Shown here in pieces: positions 38,725 to 51,319 of a DNA stretch of 51,997 nucleotides (position 1 is the first letter of the stretch; each line of letters opens with the position of its first letter). The notes beneath the pieces are model-generated. The model worked only from the letters and a program-made list of their open reading frames with translations. It was not told where the DNA came from and made no database searches. A program made the position numbers and the translations under genes. The DNA lies in the NCBI RefSeq assembly GCF_001194135.2, contig NC_068990.1:14462846-14514842 (forward strand). Reading direction: 5' to 3'. The DNA comes from Octopus bimaculoides (taxonomy: Eukaryota).

Positions 38725-40770
38725 TCTTTACTCTAGAGTACTGTTACTGAATGTTTCTCGTTCAGAGATTTAAAGATGATAATTTCTCTCTTTATGAAAT
38801 ATATTACATTTTTTCAAAATTTTTGTGGAGCCCTAAGACTCCAAATGCCAGTTATTCAGTTTTCATGGCATATAAGTGACTAAAATCACATTATGCCTGA
38901 GCAAGGTGCCAGTTTGTTGCAGTGGGAGGGGACAAGAGGATTACATTGACCCTTGTTTCTTGAATGATACTTTCTTTTATTGACCACATAGCCACCACTC
39001 ACCAGCTGAAGGAATAAAAGGCAAAGCTAACCATAGCAGGATTTGAACTCAGAACATAAAAAACGAGAAGAAGAGGCTACTAAATATTTTGTCTGACATG
39101 CTAAATATTCTGCCAGCTCACCACTTAATTAGTCATTTGTTATGTTATTTATTTTGGCAGTTGTTGAACATTTAGCTATTTTGCTATAATATATTTGATG
39201 AAATATTTTGTTTGTTTAAGATGGTGAGCTGGCAGAATTGTTAGCACATCAGTCAAAATGTTTTGCAGCATTTCATTGGTCTTTACGTCCTGAGTTCAAA
39301 TTCTTCCCACGGTCAACTTTGCTTTTCATCCTTTTGGGGTCGATAAAATAAGTACCAGTTGAGTACTGGGTCAATGTCATCAATTTACTCTCTCTCCTGA
39401 AATTTCTGGCCTTGTACCAAAATTTGAAACCAATATTTTGTGTTTGCTCAATTCATTTGTCTGAGAGAGAAGGTGGTTTTATACCAGATGTTGAAAGGCT
39501 AAAGTATGATTGAAGGATAAAATAACTTGGTCATAATTAAGCTGGTGTTCAGAACATAAATTAACATAAACTTTTGAGAGAAGTTTTAAATTTAGATACC
39601 TTTAAAACATGAAGGTTGCATCATAGAACCAGTAAAAGTGTTAGATAAGGCTATTGAAACTAAATAGGGTTAAGAATGTAGTTTGGCATTTTACACAAAG
39701 TCTTCATAGAGTCACATGTAAAATAGCATGATTAGTTCCAAGACAATTAGAACTCATTACATATTACTCAAACCTCATATCCAAACTTTATTATTTATAT
39801 ATGAGTATATCGAGGTACTCTTGTTCATCACTCACTACTTTCACCTCTTAATCCAATCTGGCAATCTGTCATTTATGAAAATGGGGCTTCCAGATGATCT
39901 GATCAATCGAACAACCTGCCCATGAAATTAAAATGCAAGTGGCTGAGTACTCCACAGATATGCATACCTTTAACATAGTTCTCAGAGAGATTCAGTATGA
40001 AACAGAATGTGATAAGGCTGGTCCTTTGAATTATAGTTACAACTCAGTTTTGCCAGCTGAATGAACTGAAGTGAAATAAAGTGTCTTGCTCAAGGACAAA
40101 ATGCACCACTGGGAATCGAACTCATGGCCTTATGATCAAGAGCCGAATCCCTAACCACTAAGCTCCTCTACTTCTATCTTTAACCATCATTTACTTTCCT
40201 CTCACATTCCAATAAAATTATCCCCTCTCCCCTCACCTCCAATGATCCACTGTCCATATCCTCTTGTTTGCTCACCATTTTGTATATCTCGAACGTTTGT
40301 CAGACATTCCATCACTATTTTATTTCCTTCCAACTATTCCCATCCACCCCTATATATAAATGTAGGGTAGACATGTATCTCCTCTATAGCCAGACATCTG
40401 TGCTTGCCCTTCAGTCATATTTTAGCCTCTCAACACCAGGCATAAAGCCACCTTCCTTTCTCAAATACTCCATGCCAACATTGTAGTGAGAGCTTTTTAC
40501 ATTTCCATTTTCCTTTGTTCTTTTCCTATTTTTCTAGTTACTCAGCAACCACACCAGCACCAATGCCCACCACCCCACAAAATAAAGGCACTCAGTGCAC
40601 ACAGTAAGGTGGTTGACATTAGGAAGGGTATGCAAGCCATAGAAACCATACACAAAACTGACACTGGAACTCGACACAGCCATGGGGCACACCAGATCTT
40701 GTCAAACTGTTCAACCCATGTCAGGATGGAAAATGGATGTTAAATAATGATGATAATGATGTATACCGAA

Positions 40771-40812
<42 letters not shown>

Positions 40813-41142
40813 TGTTACTGATCATGTGAAGACCAAATCCATCTATATGTATCTTCAGCCCAGCCACTCTCAGAATCATCATCAAGATCATCAACATTTA
40901 ATGTCCATTTTCCATGCTTGCATGGGTTGGACAGCTTGACAGGAATGGGCAAGGCCAGGGGCTGCACCAAGTTCCAGTCATCTGTTTTGGCTTGGTTTCT
41001 ACAGCCGGATGCCCTTCCTAATGCCAACCACTTTACAGAGTGTAATGAACTTAAAAATAGGAAATGAAAGCAAGTAAATGCTGGACATAAACCCAATTGC
41101 AAAATGTATAAATAAACACACAAAATATAGGTTTATACTCAC

Positions 41143-41259
41143 AGGTTTGCAAATCAATTCTGGACAATTGTCTGAATGGTTGGTCTTCTGGATTTTGTTT
41201 CCAATACAGGCATACTGAACACAGATTGGATCAGTGGTATCATTCCAAGATTCATATGG
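41143..41259 (-). CDS. Exon: VWC/TILa core, PYESWNDTTDPICVQYACIGNKIQKTNHSDNCPELICKP
   Basis: Acceptor tttttttgttag|CCA, donor CCT|gtgagt; 117 nt, phase 0-0. Joins the previous exon to give RK-PYESW (VWC GExW-type motif). Not in the ORF track. Confidence 0.85.
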
Positions 41260-41344
41260 CTAACAAAAAAACATAGGGGTCATCATCACCACATTATCAC
41301 AAACATCATTATCATCGCCACCCACAATCTTAGCACCATCATCA

Positions 41345-41365
41345 CATTTATTATTATTATTATTA

Positions 41366-41417
<52 letters not shown>

Positions 41418-41521
41418 CATTATTATTATTATTATTATTGTTTTTATTATTATTATTATTATCATTATTATTATTATTGTTTTTATTNNNNNNNNNNTTA
41501 TTATCATTATTATTATTATTG

Positions 41522-41567
<46 letters not shown>

Positions 41568-41584
41568 CATTATTATTATTATTG

Positions 41585-41620
<36 letters not shown>
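41345..41620 (+). repeat. (ATT)n microsatellite array
   Basis: Direct reading; gives rise to the poly-I/L/N ORFs. Confidence 0.95.
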
Positions 41621-41624
<4 letters not shown>

Positions 41625-41995
41625 GTAAACAATCTGACATGCATTTATGTAATTTAATTCTTTAATGTTTAGATTACTCAGTCAAATGTATTCATATTGC
41701 TTTAAATTAATCATACATTATCTCATAGCTTCAGGATTTTAATGATATGACTGCTTGATTTTAGAATAACATAGTAGGGTAGGTGTGAGAGGCAAGATCT
41801 GCCCAGTTTCAACATAACACAGGTCGAATATTTGGGCCAGATAGGTCAGTTTAAATGCTAAAGGGTTAATGCAAGTTTTGTTTTGCTAGTTCAAGCTCAA
41901 ACCGATAACCCTTTCATAACCTGTTTGTATGCATGTGTGTATGTATAGACGGAGAGATAAACAGATAGATACATATACAAATAGATAAACAGATA

Positions 41996-42376
41996 TCATC
42001 ATCATCATCATCATCGTTTAACGTCCGCTTTCCATGCTAGCATGGGTTGGACGATTTGACTGAGGACTGGTGAACCAGATGGCTACACCAGGCTCCAATC
42101 TGATTTGGCAGAGTTTCTACAGCTGGATGCCCTTCCTAACGCCAACCACACAGAGTGTGTAGTGGGTGCTTTTACATGCCACCGGCACGAAGGCCAGTCA
42201 GGCAGTACTGGCAACGGCCACGCTCAAAATGGTGTTTTTTACATGCCACCTGCACAGGAGCCAGTCCAGTGGCACTGGCAGCGATTTCGCTCAAATGTCT
42301 TTACATGTGCCAGGAAGGCGACGCTGGGCACAGGTGCCATCACGATTTCACTTTCGCTTGCTCCAACAGGTCTTCA
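41996..42376 (-). mobile_element. RTE-LINE 3' UTR copy
   Basis: Family sequence starting at (CAT)n. More degenerate copies at about 2113-2367(+), 22145-22345(-), 36868-37052(+), 40600-40760(+), 40884-41045(-) and a fragment at 47950-48005(-). Confidence 0.8.
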
Positions 42377-43167
42377 CATATATGTGCATGTATGTATGCA
42401 TATATGTATGTATGCTGTTAATTTATATTCATTATTCAATGCTATTATAATGTGAATGGAATTATTTTACAGCTAGATCACCTGCAAACTGTGCTCAGTT
42501 CAGTACATCCATATTCCAGCTTCTTAATTTCATAGTCATCTTGCCTCATCTATTCTTCCTTGCATAAAAAAATAGTCAATTCCATGACACCATAAATGAG
42601 TGTGAGTTCAACAAATTGTGGCAACCAAACGTAAGTTTTGCTCTTGTAAATTTTGAACTCTTAACCATGTGATCTATATTCAAGGCTCTTAAACTTACAG
42701 TTATCTTGTCTCATCTATTCTTCCCTACCAGGGCCAGATTAAGAATCACAGAGGCCCTGAGCACTTAAAAAATGTTGGTACACCAGCATATAAACTATAA
42801 TAAACCATAAAATAAATTTTCATGTTTTCAAAATGAAACGAAACTAACAAAGATGGGAAATAATGTTTATTTTTGTATACTTCCCTTTTATTTATATTTA
42901 AAAAGTTATCTCCTACATTTTTTTAATTGCAAAGTCTTTGATCAGATCTTCACTATGACAACACTTCAAAATTGTATTTCTGATCATATAAACCACTTCA
43001 AATATTATTTTAGTAAATTTAAAGTAATTTCTTTTGTGCTGTAAACCATTTATCATTTCTGTGGTGACCAACTTCCCTTGATACCCTAAGCACATGCTTA
43101 TTTTGCACAATGATTAATCCAGCATTGTTCTCTACATATAAAATAGTTGATGATTTACAGAACTAAC

Positions 43168-43370
43168 CTTACGAATATTACCGAATTCATCTTGACAATT
43201 GCAGTCATTGCTGTCAATACAGGCTGTACCATTGAATGATGTCTTGTATTTACATTCACAGCAGTTCTCCTTAGATTTAGCATAACAGTACGTTCTATCA
43301 CTGTGGCAAACCTCTTTTCTACAACCTGTGCAACTGTCTGATGCGTAGTCATAATTATCTTCGTCACATT
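43168..43370 (-). CDS. Exon: TIL-like Cys-rich domain plus start of VWC, CDEDNYDYASDSCTGCRKEVCHSDRTYCYAKSKENCCECKYKTSFNGTACIDSNDCNCQDEFGNIRK
   Basis: Acceptor ttattactttctgaag|AA (AAG type), donor AAG|gttagt; 203 nt, phase 1-0. C-x-C-x5-F-NG-x2-C-I-x4-C-x-C ending typical of TIL domains in VWF/mucins. Confidence 0.87.
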
Positions 43371-43431
43371 CTTCAGAAAGTAATAAAAGACACATTGTAT
43401 AGAGAGAAGCAAATATACACACACACACACT

Positions 43432-43491
<60 letters not shown>

Positions 43492-44453
43492 NNNNNNNNN
43501 NNNNNNNNNNNNNNNNNNNNNNNNNNNNNNNNNNNNNNNNNNNNNNNNNNNNNNNNNNNNNNNNNNNNNNNNNNNNNNNNNNNNNNNNNNNNNNNNNNNN
43601 NNNNNNNNNNNNNNNNNNNNNNNNNNNNNNNNNNNNNNNNNNNNNNNNNNNNNNNNNNNNNNNNNNNNNNNNNNNNNNNNNNNNNNNNNNNNNNNNNNNN
43701 NNNNNNNNNNNNNNNNNNNNNNNNNNNNNNNNNNNNNNNNNNNNNNNNNNNNNNNNNNNNNNNNNNNNNNNNNNNNNNNNNNNNNNNNNNNNNNNNNNNN
43801 NNNNNNNNNNNNNNNNNNNNNNNNNNNNNNNNNNNNNNNNNNNNNNNNNNNNNNNNNNNNNNNNNNNNNNNNNNNNNNNNNNNNNNNNNNNNNNNNNNNN
43901 NNNNNNNNNNNNNNNNNNNNNNNNNNNNNNNNNNNNNNNNNNNNNNNNNNNNNNNNNNNNNNNNNNNNNNNNNNNNNNNNNNNNNNNNNNNNNNNNNNNN
44001 NNNNNNNNNNNNNNNNNNNNNNNNNNNNNNNNNNNNNNNNNNNNNNNNNNNNNNNNNNNNNNNNNNNNNNNNNNNNNNNNNNNNNNNNNNNNNNNNNNNN
44101 NNNNNNNNNNNNNNNNNNNNNNNNNNNNNNNNNNNNNNNNNNNNNNNNNNNNNNNNNNNNNNNNNNNNNNNNNNNNNNNNNNNNNNNNNNNNNNNNNNNN
44201 NNNNNNNNNNNNNNNNNNNNNNNNNNNNNNNNNNNNNNNNNNNNNNNNNNNNNNNNNNNNNNNNNNNNNNNNNNNNNNNNNNNNNNNNNNNNNNNNNNNN
44301 NNNNNNNNNNNNNNNNNNNNNNNNNNNNNNNNNNNNNNNNNNNNNNNNNNNNNNNNNNNNNNNNNNNNNNNNNNNNNNNNNNNNNNNNNNNNNNNNNNNN
44401 NNNNNNNNNNNNNNNNNNNNNNNNNNNNNNNNNNNNNNNNNNNNNNNNNNNNN

Positions 44454-44511
<58 letters not shown>

Positions 44512-45781
44512 TGACGAAAATTATAAGAAATACCATACAGAGAGTTAAGGAATCAATGCTATGTATGCTCAATTGAAATTTTGTGTTACAAGTACGGTCA
44601 GCCGTCCCTAGTGTCCAAATGCTTTCCCTAATTCTTTTAGGTATCTATGTAGTCTTAAACAGAGATGGACACACTCTCAGCCCCAACCCAAATTTTGACT
44701 CATTGGAATATCTAGGGTATGATAACTGGAGGAAGAGAGGGTAGCACCTACACCCAGCTCATACTCATTACAACTCATTACAATAAAAAAAAAATATAAC
44801 AGCTGTGACACTGAGTTGGGGGTCCTAAAACTATGTCAGTAATATTAAAACAACACCCAAGATTTGAATCATTAGGCATGCAACAGTAATGTATTAGATG
44901 TGATCATTATATATGTGTGATCATTATCTAAAGTGGTGAGCTGGCAGAATCGTTAGCATGTTGGGCGAAATGCTTAGTGGTATTTCATCTGCCGTTACAT
45001 TCTGAGTTCAAATTCCACTGAGGTCAACTTTGCCTTTCATCCTTTTGGGGTCAGTAAATTAAGTACCACTGGGGTCGATGTAATCGACTAGTCCCCTCTC
45101 CCAAAATTTTAAGGCCTTGTGCTCTCAGCAAAAAGGATTATTTTAGTACTGTCTCTTGACAAAATGACAAAGTCATTAGGGTATTAGATACAAAGCCTTG
45201 CAGTAATTTTTACAGTTCTATGCAATGCAGATTCAATTCCTGCCAACACCAACTTTGCTTTTCACTTTCCTAGAATCTGTAAATACAATACCAGTCCAGG
45301 ACTGATATTGGCAGAATTCATAGAATATAGGATAGATAGCCTTGCAGGAGCTGTCCTGGACCTCTGTATTCAGACAGCAGAATTGCAAGAATAATGGTAC
45401 CAAGCTATATCAATTCTTGCTTTTCTCCCAGAGAACACAAGGGGAATGAATAGAAGAGACTAGTAAACATTGGCAATTGCTGGTCTTTCACAAAATAACC
45501 TTGTCTGTGTCAGCATCTTAGAGAGGGATTTTCCAAGTGTAGATCCATAATCCCATGAGATGAACAGAAGCCCTGATATATAATACAAGATAGTTGAATA
45601 TCAGCAGACTGGTAAAGATACCAATTACATACTTAGTAGCATTCAAATCGATGTAGTTTTGTTTGGTATTAGAAGGATGTCAGCTTGCCACTTCCAGAAT
45701 ATTAGAAATATTAGGAAAAAGATAACGATAAGTTATACTTACAAAATTAGATGATAATAATATAATAAAGCTGATACTCAC

Positions 45782-45787
45782 TAGTTT
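45782..45787 (-). CDS. Candidate 6-nt microexon AAACTA (adds Gln-Thr; next junction codon becomes Lys)
   Basis: Minus strand reads ctttattttcattttatttcag|AAACTA|gtgagt: long pyrimidine tract, consensus donor, frame-preserving. Confidence 0.6.
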
Positions 45788-45867
45788 CTGAAATAAAATG
45801 AAAATAAAGTTTTATAATGGATTCATTATAATGTGTTTGTAAACAAGGCTATTGTGTGTGTGTGTGT

Positions 45868-46098
45868 TATTTATTTACTACCCACAAGGGGCTACACACA
45901 GAGGGGACAAACAAGGACAGACAAATGGATTAAATCGATTATATCGACCCCAGTGCGTAACTGGTACTTATTCAATCGACCCCGAAAGGATGAAAGGCAA
46001 AGTCAACCTCGGCGGAATTTGAACTCAGAACGTAGCGGGCAGACGAAATACCGCTAAGCATTTCGCCCGGTGTGCTAACGGTTCTGCCAGCTCGCCGC

Positions 46099-46100
<2 letters not shown>
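45868..46100 (-). mobile_element. Young tRNA-derived SINE (family C)
   Basis: Head ggcggcgagctggcagaaccgttagcac...gagttcaaattccgccgagg and core gcctttcatcctttcggggtcgat...aagtaccag. Older copies at about 8650-8870(-), 23405-23625(-), 27770-27985(-), 34040-34240(-), 39220-39435(+), 44933-45130(+). Confidence 0.8.
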
Positions 46101-46177
<77 letters not shown>

Positions 46178-47311
46178 ATTTACTTGACAATTTGTGAAAT
46201 AGCTTAGTCTCTACATGAAGAAGCTAAATGTATGAAACCTTTCAAGGAATTGCTTTAGAAGAGCAGCTACTGTTATTTAACTATTTACTGTGTTGAGATA
46301 CACCATGAGATATTGTCTATGAGTTAGTGAAAAAGTCCATATGGAGTTTTGTGACCTACTAGAAATAGCAGCCAAATTTCTTTGAAATCACATCCTACCA
46401 TCCTAAAAGTACAGGGAATAGATGGCATAACATGATCCTTTGAAATACACTTCTGCCTAAAAAAAAGACTGGAAAGTCTCATCTGGAATACCTTTGATCA
46501 TTGGTCAGTTGAAGCAGAACTCCTAGGAACTCCTTCTGCATGAAAACATATACAGTTTAGCATCTAGCATACCTAATGCAATGAGCCAAAACATGTTTAA
46601 CCAATGGAAATTACACACACAATGAAGAGAAAAATCATTTGAGTTGATGATAATTCTTGTTACAAAAGGCAAAGGTAAGAAATTGGAAATCCTTATTATC
46701 CAGAAACTTACTTCATTGACCACATAAATATCACTATTTTATATCAGTCCTGAGAATGACTTTAAACTGCATCCCGTTTTGGGGACCTTGGTTTGGGAGT
46801 TCCAGGGATTGAGAAGTGCAAACCACCCTTTTACCAATACTGTTCCCAGGTCTACTCTGATATGGTGTAGTAGCACATTTCAGAGGCTATGCGTTTATTA
46901 GCACATCACAAAATTGCCTCTGAAAGAAAGTCACTCACAGAAAACCCTGTGGACCCAGAGCAGATAAGTCCCTTCAGCTCTTTAGCTGTTCATCTAAGAG
47001 AAGGTTACTCTATACAAATCTTGCATCTAGTTAACTACTAGACTCATGGCACTTTTTGTGCCAGACTAATATATGTTTAAAGAACAACTGAATGAGACGG
47101 GCTCTCCACAAGCCATGCACAATATAATAATATTCATCACATTAATTGTTCAGGCATGGATGTGTGATAAGAAGCTTGCTTCCCAACCACATGGTTCTGG
47201 GTTCAGTCCCACTGGGGGGTACCTTTACCAAGTGTTTTCTTCTATAATCTCAGCCAGACCAAAGCCTTGTGAGTGAATTTCATCTACAGAAACTGAAAGA
47301 AGCCTGTCGCA

Positions 47312-47366
<55 letters not shown>

Positions 47367-47653
47367 ATATCTTTGTGTCTGTGTTTGTCCCCTCACCACC
47401 AGTTAGCAACCAGTGTTGGTGTAATTATGTCCCAATAACTTAGCAGTTCAGCGAAGGGAGGTGTAATTTAAGGGAGATTTAACTGCTATTTTTAGTGGGT
47501 CAGTAAATTGCATAGACGCTTCCACTTTGGATGGTGGTAGTACAAGGATGCCATTTTACAACTTGCATAATATTTGAAAGATCAGGAAAGGATATAATGA
47601 GTTTATACTTACATAGTACATAAGTTACTATTTACACCAAAAATGATACTTAC

Positions 47654-47659
47654 GGTTAT
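47654..47659 (-). CDS. Candidate 6-nt microexon ATAACC (adds His-Asn)
   Basis: Minus strand reads catttttatctttctttcatttcag|ATAACC|gtaagt: long pyrimidine tract, consensus donor, frame-preserving. Confidence 0.6.
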
Positions 47660-48476
47660 CTGAAATGAAAGAAAGATAAAAATGCAAGAAATCTTGATAA
47701 TGTACACATTTGATTTTTGCAAATAATAAATTTTTATTCAATGCTATATCTCCATTTTTTTTACTTTCTTTTGAATGACTATAAACCATGATTTATATAT
47801 AAATCTATTGTTTTATGAATATTATTATTCACAACAAATATTAGGTATTAAACCAGTAATTCATTGGATGATGATACCATCCCTCAATGAGACTAATTTA
47901 ACCTCTAATTGAATTTATATATATATATATATATATATCGTTCATTCGTTCATCATCATCATCGTTTAACGTCTGCTTTCCATGCTAGCATGGGTTGGAC
48001 GATTTGATATATATATATGAATAAATACACACATACACTCATGCATATGACAAGTTTCTTTCAATTTTGATCCACCAAATCCACTGGCATGTCTTCTGTC
48101 AGCTCAGGACTATAGTAGAAGACATTTAAGACACTTGCCCAAAGTGCCATGCAGTGAGGTTGAACCTGAAATCATGTGGTTACTCTTTTTCACAGCAAGG
48201 AGAACTAGGCCATTCAGTATCACTGATATTATGTATCTCCAGTATTTACATTCAAAGGTTCGATAGTACAGCTTGTGGATCAATACAAGTATTGTAAATA
48301 TCTCACATCAAAATAGCATTTGATGTTTGAGGAAATGTAGATATTAAAGAAATATGAAAGAGACAGTCAATGGTAATTCTTAAAAATTCCAGGAATGAGA
48401 GAATAAAATTAAGATTTTAAAATCATTAATAAAATACAAAATGTATCAGAGTAACAAAATAATAAGAAATACTTAC

Positions 48477-48554
48477 GGCAGTTTTCTAATTCATCAATGC
48501 AGTTTGGACAGTCACATCTGTTATCACAATTAAATACATCTGTACATCGCCTTC
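48477..48554 (-). CDS. Exon: compact LDL-receptor class A-like module, (G)RRCTDVFNCDNRCDCPNCIDELENC
   Basis: Acceptor atgattacag|GA, donor TGCC|gtaagt; 78 nt, phase 1-1. CD..xDC...DE..C acidic motif resembles the C-terminal half of LDLa. Confidence 0.8.
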
Positions 48555-48611
48555 CTGTAATCATAACATATAATCCATATATATTTACATATACACACAT
48601 ATACATATATA

Positions 48612-48900
48612 CATTTTGCTGCATCCTAATTGTTTGGTAATATTCATGAAGGACACATTTTGCTGATGAAGCAACATGATCTTTGATCTAGTAACTGGGC
48701 TGATACTATGATGCTTTCCCATAGCGAATTTTATGTGTAACAATGCTTGATTATTAAACAAAACAGTGCAGTACAACCAGCCATATGACCACCCATTTGG
48801 TTTATTAATTTGCATAATCTTGGTACAGTCTTAAACTTATTTTGCCAACAATTTCTAATCATTTGAATTAATTGTGCATTTAAATTATTCGAATTGCAGA
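48612..48900 (-). mobile_element. Tc1-like transposon 5' fragment (N-terminal HTH remnant)
   Basis: ATG at 48722: MGKHHSISPVTRSKIMLLHQQNVSFMNITKQLGCSK resembles the Tc1 transposase N-terminus; the outer boundary is approximate. Confidence 0.5.
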
Positions 48901-49272
48901 AAGATATATAACACCTATATCATTTGAAAGAGAAAAAAATTCTTCATAAACTGTTAAAAGTAAGGAATAGAACTGTCNNNNNNNNNNNNNNNNNNNNNNN
49001 NNNNNNNNNNNNNNNNNNNNNNNNNNNNNNNNNNNNNNNNNNNNNNNNNNNNNNNNNNNNNNNNNNNNNNNNNNNNNNNNNNNNNNNNNNNNNNNNNNNN
49101 NNNNNNNNNNNNNNNNNNNNNNNNNNNNNNNNNNNNNNNNNNNNNNNNNNNNNNNNNNNNNNNNNNNNNNNNNNNNNNNNNNNNNNNNNNNNNNNNNNNN
49201 NNNNNNNNNNNNNNNNNNNNNNNNNNNNNNNNNNNNNNNNNNNNNNNNNNNNNNNNNNNNNNNNNNNNNNNN

Positions 49273-49356
49273 AATTATACAAGAATGCCTCACGTTAACT
49301 ACCATAATAAACACGTGTTTATTACGGTAGTTAACGTGAGACATTCTTGTATAGTT
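49273..49356. repeat. 84-bp loopless palindrome next to an assembly gap
   Basis: 42-bp arms with 3 mismatches, centred on aataaacacgtgtttatt. Confidence 0.9.
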
Positions 49357-49360
49357 ATGC

Positions 49361-49396
<36 letters not shown>

Positions 49397-49644
49397 CATA
49401 AATGAAAATTGCTGGTAATATAATTTTCATAAAGCAGACAGAAGAAAGTTCTCACAGTTTCTAATTTTATCTTAGTTTTCTGTTTAGCAATTTGTTTTCC
49501 ATTTCACTATTTCATCTGAGCCACGTTGCAGGCCGCTTGATTTTCTTACACAGTTTTATGAATGAAAATTCTACATCTAGTGCTAGAATCACCATTTTTC
49601 TACCTAAATTCTATCTCTTTCTTTCATCAACATGTCAATATTTA

Positions 49645-49740
49645 TATGTGAATGACATTATGTGAATGACATTATGTGAATGACAGTATGTGAAAGATGG
49701 CATGTGAAAGGCATTATGTGAAAGACATTATGTGAATGGC
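49645..49740 (+). repeat. 14-bp tandem repeat attatgtgaatgac, about x7 (degenerate)
   Basis: Direct reading. Confidence 0.75.
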
Positions 49741-51319
49741 CAACAATGCCTTCAGTTAACAGAACTGAATTGCACCATTATTTTATTCTATTTATTCGTT
49801 TATTACATACACAAATATTCACATATACATAACAGACATACAATATTATATACATTAACAGAAAAACCACCCTTCAGGCAGTTTCCTACTACCATATGCC
49901 ATGTGCATTTGTATGAAACTGCTACAATGTGTGTATCTGCCAAAATACATGCATAATTCCTGCATTTGTGAACATTAATGGAAAAACTAAAGCTGAACCT
50001 ATCACTTAAGGATATTCTACTACCAGGTAAGGATGAATACATAAGTCTACTAATTCACAGCACTAATGAAGTGATTCACCAGCGGGAAATTTAGACAGTG
50101 TCACGTGACAAGTTGCTGGGGCAGCCTGTTGGGGCCTAGCAGCAGGTATAAAAAAGGGGAATTTGACATGACAATCAGTCAGACACTAACACTCTTTGAT
50201 GCTGCATTGAAGAGGCCAGGGAATAGAAGAAAGAAGACATGCACCCAACACCAGAGCTGAAGACACCTCCGAAAGGGGGGGCCCGCCACGTCAAAACGGT
50301 AGAGGAGTAGGGGCCGAAACCGGACGTGGTTCCTCCTGATGATGTCTTGAGCTAACTGGATCCTATAAAGGAGCTGTTGTGGTAGCAGACCACGAAACAT
50401 GGTTGAAATTCCTATGAGATAGAAAGTTTACTTCTTTGTAAATAACTCATGTGTCAATTCCTNNNNNNNNNNNNNNNNNNNNNNNNNNNNNNNNNNNNNN
50501 NNNNNNNNNNNNNNNNNNNNNNNNNNNNNNNNNNNNNNNNNNNNNNNNNNNNNNNNNNNNNNNNNNNNNNNNNNNNNNNNNNNNNNNNNNNNNNNNNNNN
50601 NNNNNNNNNNNNNNNNNNNNNNNNNNNNNNNNNNNNNNNNNNNNNNNNNNNNNNNNNNNNNNNNNNNNNNNNNNNNNNNNNNNNNNNNNNNNNNNNNNNN
50701 NNNNNNNNNNNNNNNNNNNNNNNNNNNNNNNNNNNNNNNNNNNNNNNNNNNNNNNNNNNNNNNNNNNNNNNNNNNNNNNNNNNNNNNNNNNNNNNNNNNN
50801 NNNNNNNNNNNNNNNNNNNNNNNNNNNNNNNNNNNNNNNNNNNNNNNNNNNNNNNNNNNNNNNNNNNNNNNNNNNNNNNNNNNNNNNNNNNNNNNNNNNN
50901 NNNNNNNNNNNNNNNNNNNNNNNNNNNNNNNNNNNNNNNNNNNNNNNNNNNNNNNNNNNNNNNNNNNNNNNNNNNNNNNNNNNNNNNNNNNNNNNNNNNN
51001 NNNNNNNNNNNNNNNNNNNNNNNNNNNNNNNNNNNNNNNNNNNNNNNNNNNNNNNNNNNNNNNNNNNNNNNNNNNNNNNNNNNNNNNNNNNNNNNNNNNN
51101 NNNNNNNNNNNNNNNNNNNNNNNNNNNNNNNNNNNNNNNNNNNNNNNNNNNNNNNNNNNNNNNNNNNNNNNNNNNNNNNNNNNNNNNNNNNNNNNNNNNN
51201 NNNNNNNNNNNNNNNNNNNNNNNNNNNNNNNNNNNNNNNNNNNNNNNNNNNNNNNNNNNNNNNNNNNNNNNNNNNNNNNNNNNNNNNNNNNNNNNNNNNN
51301 NNNNNNNNNNNNNNNNNNN

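Noticed and set aside
43171-43172. Alternative donor ATTC|gtaagg 5 nt upstream of the chosen donor
   Set aside because: It gives phase 1, which is incompatible with the phase-0 VWC exon at 41259; AAG|gttagt yields the expected RK-PYESW.
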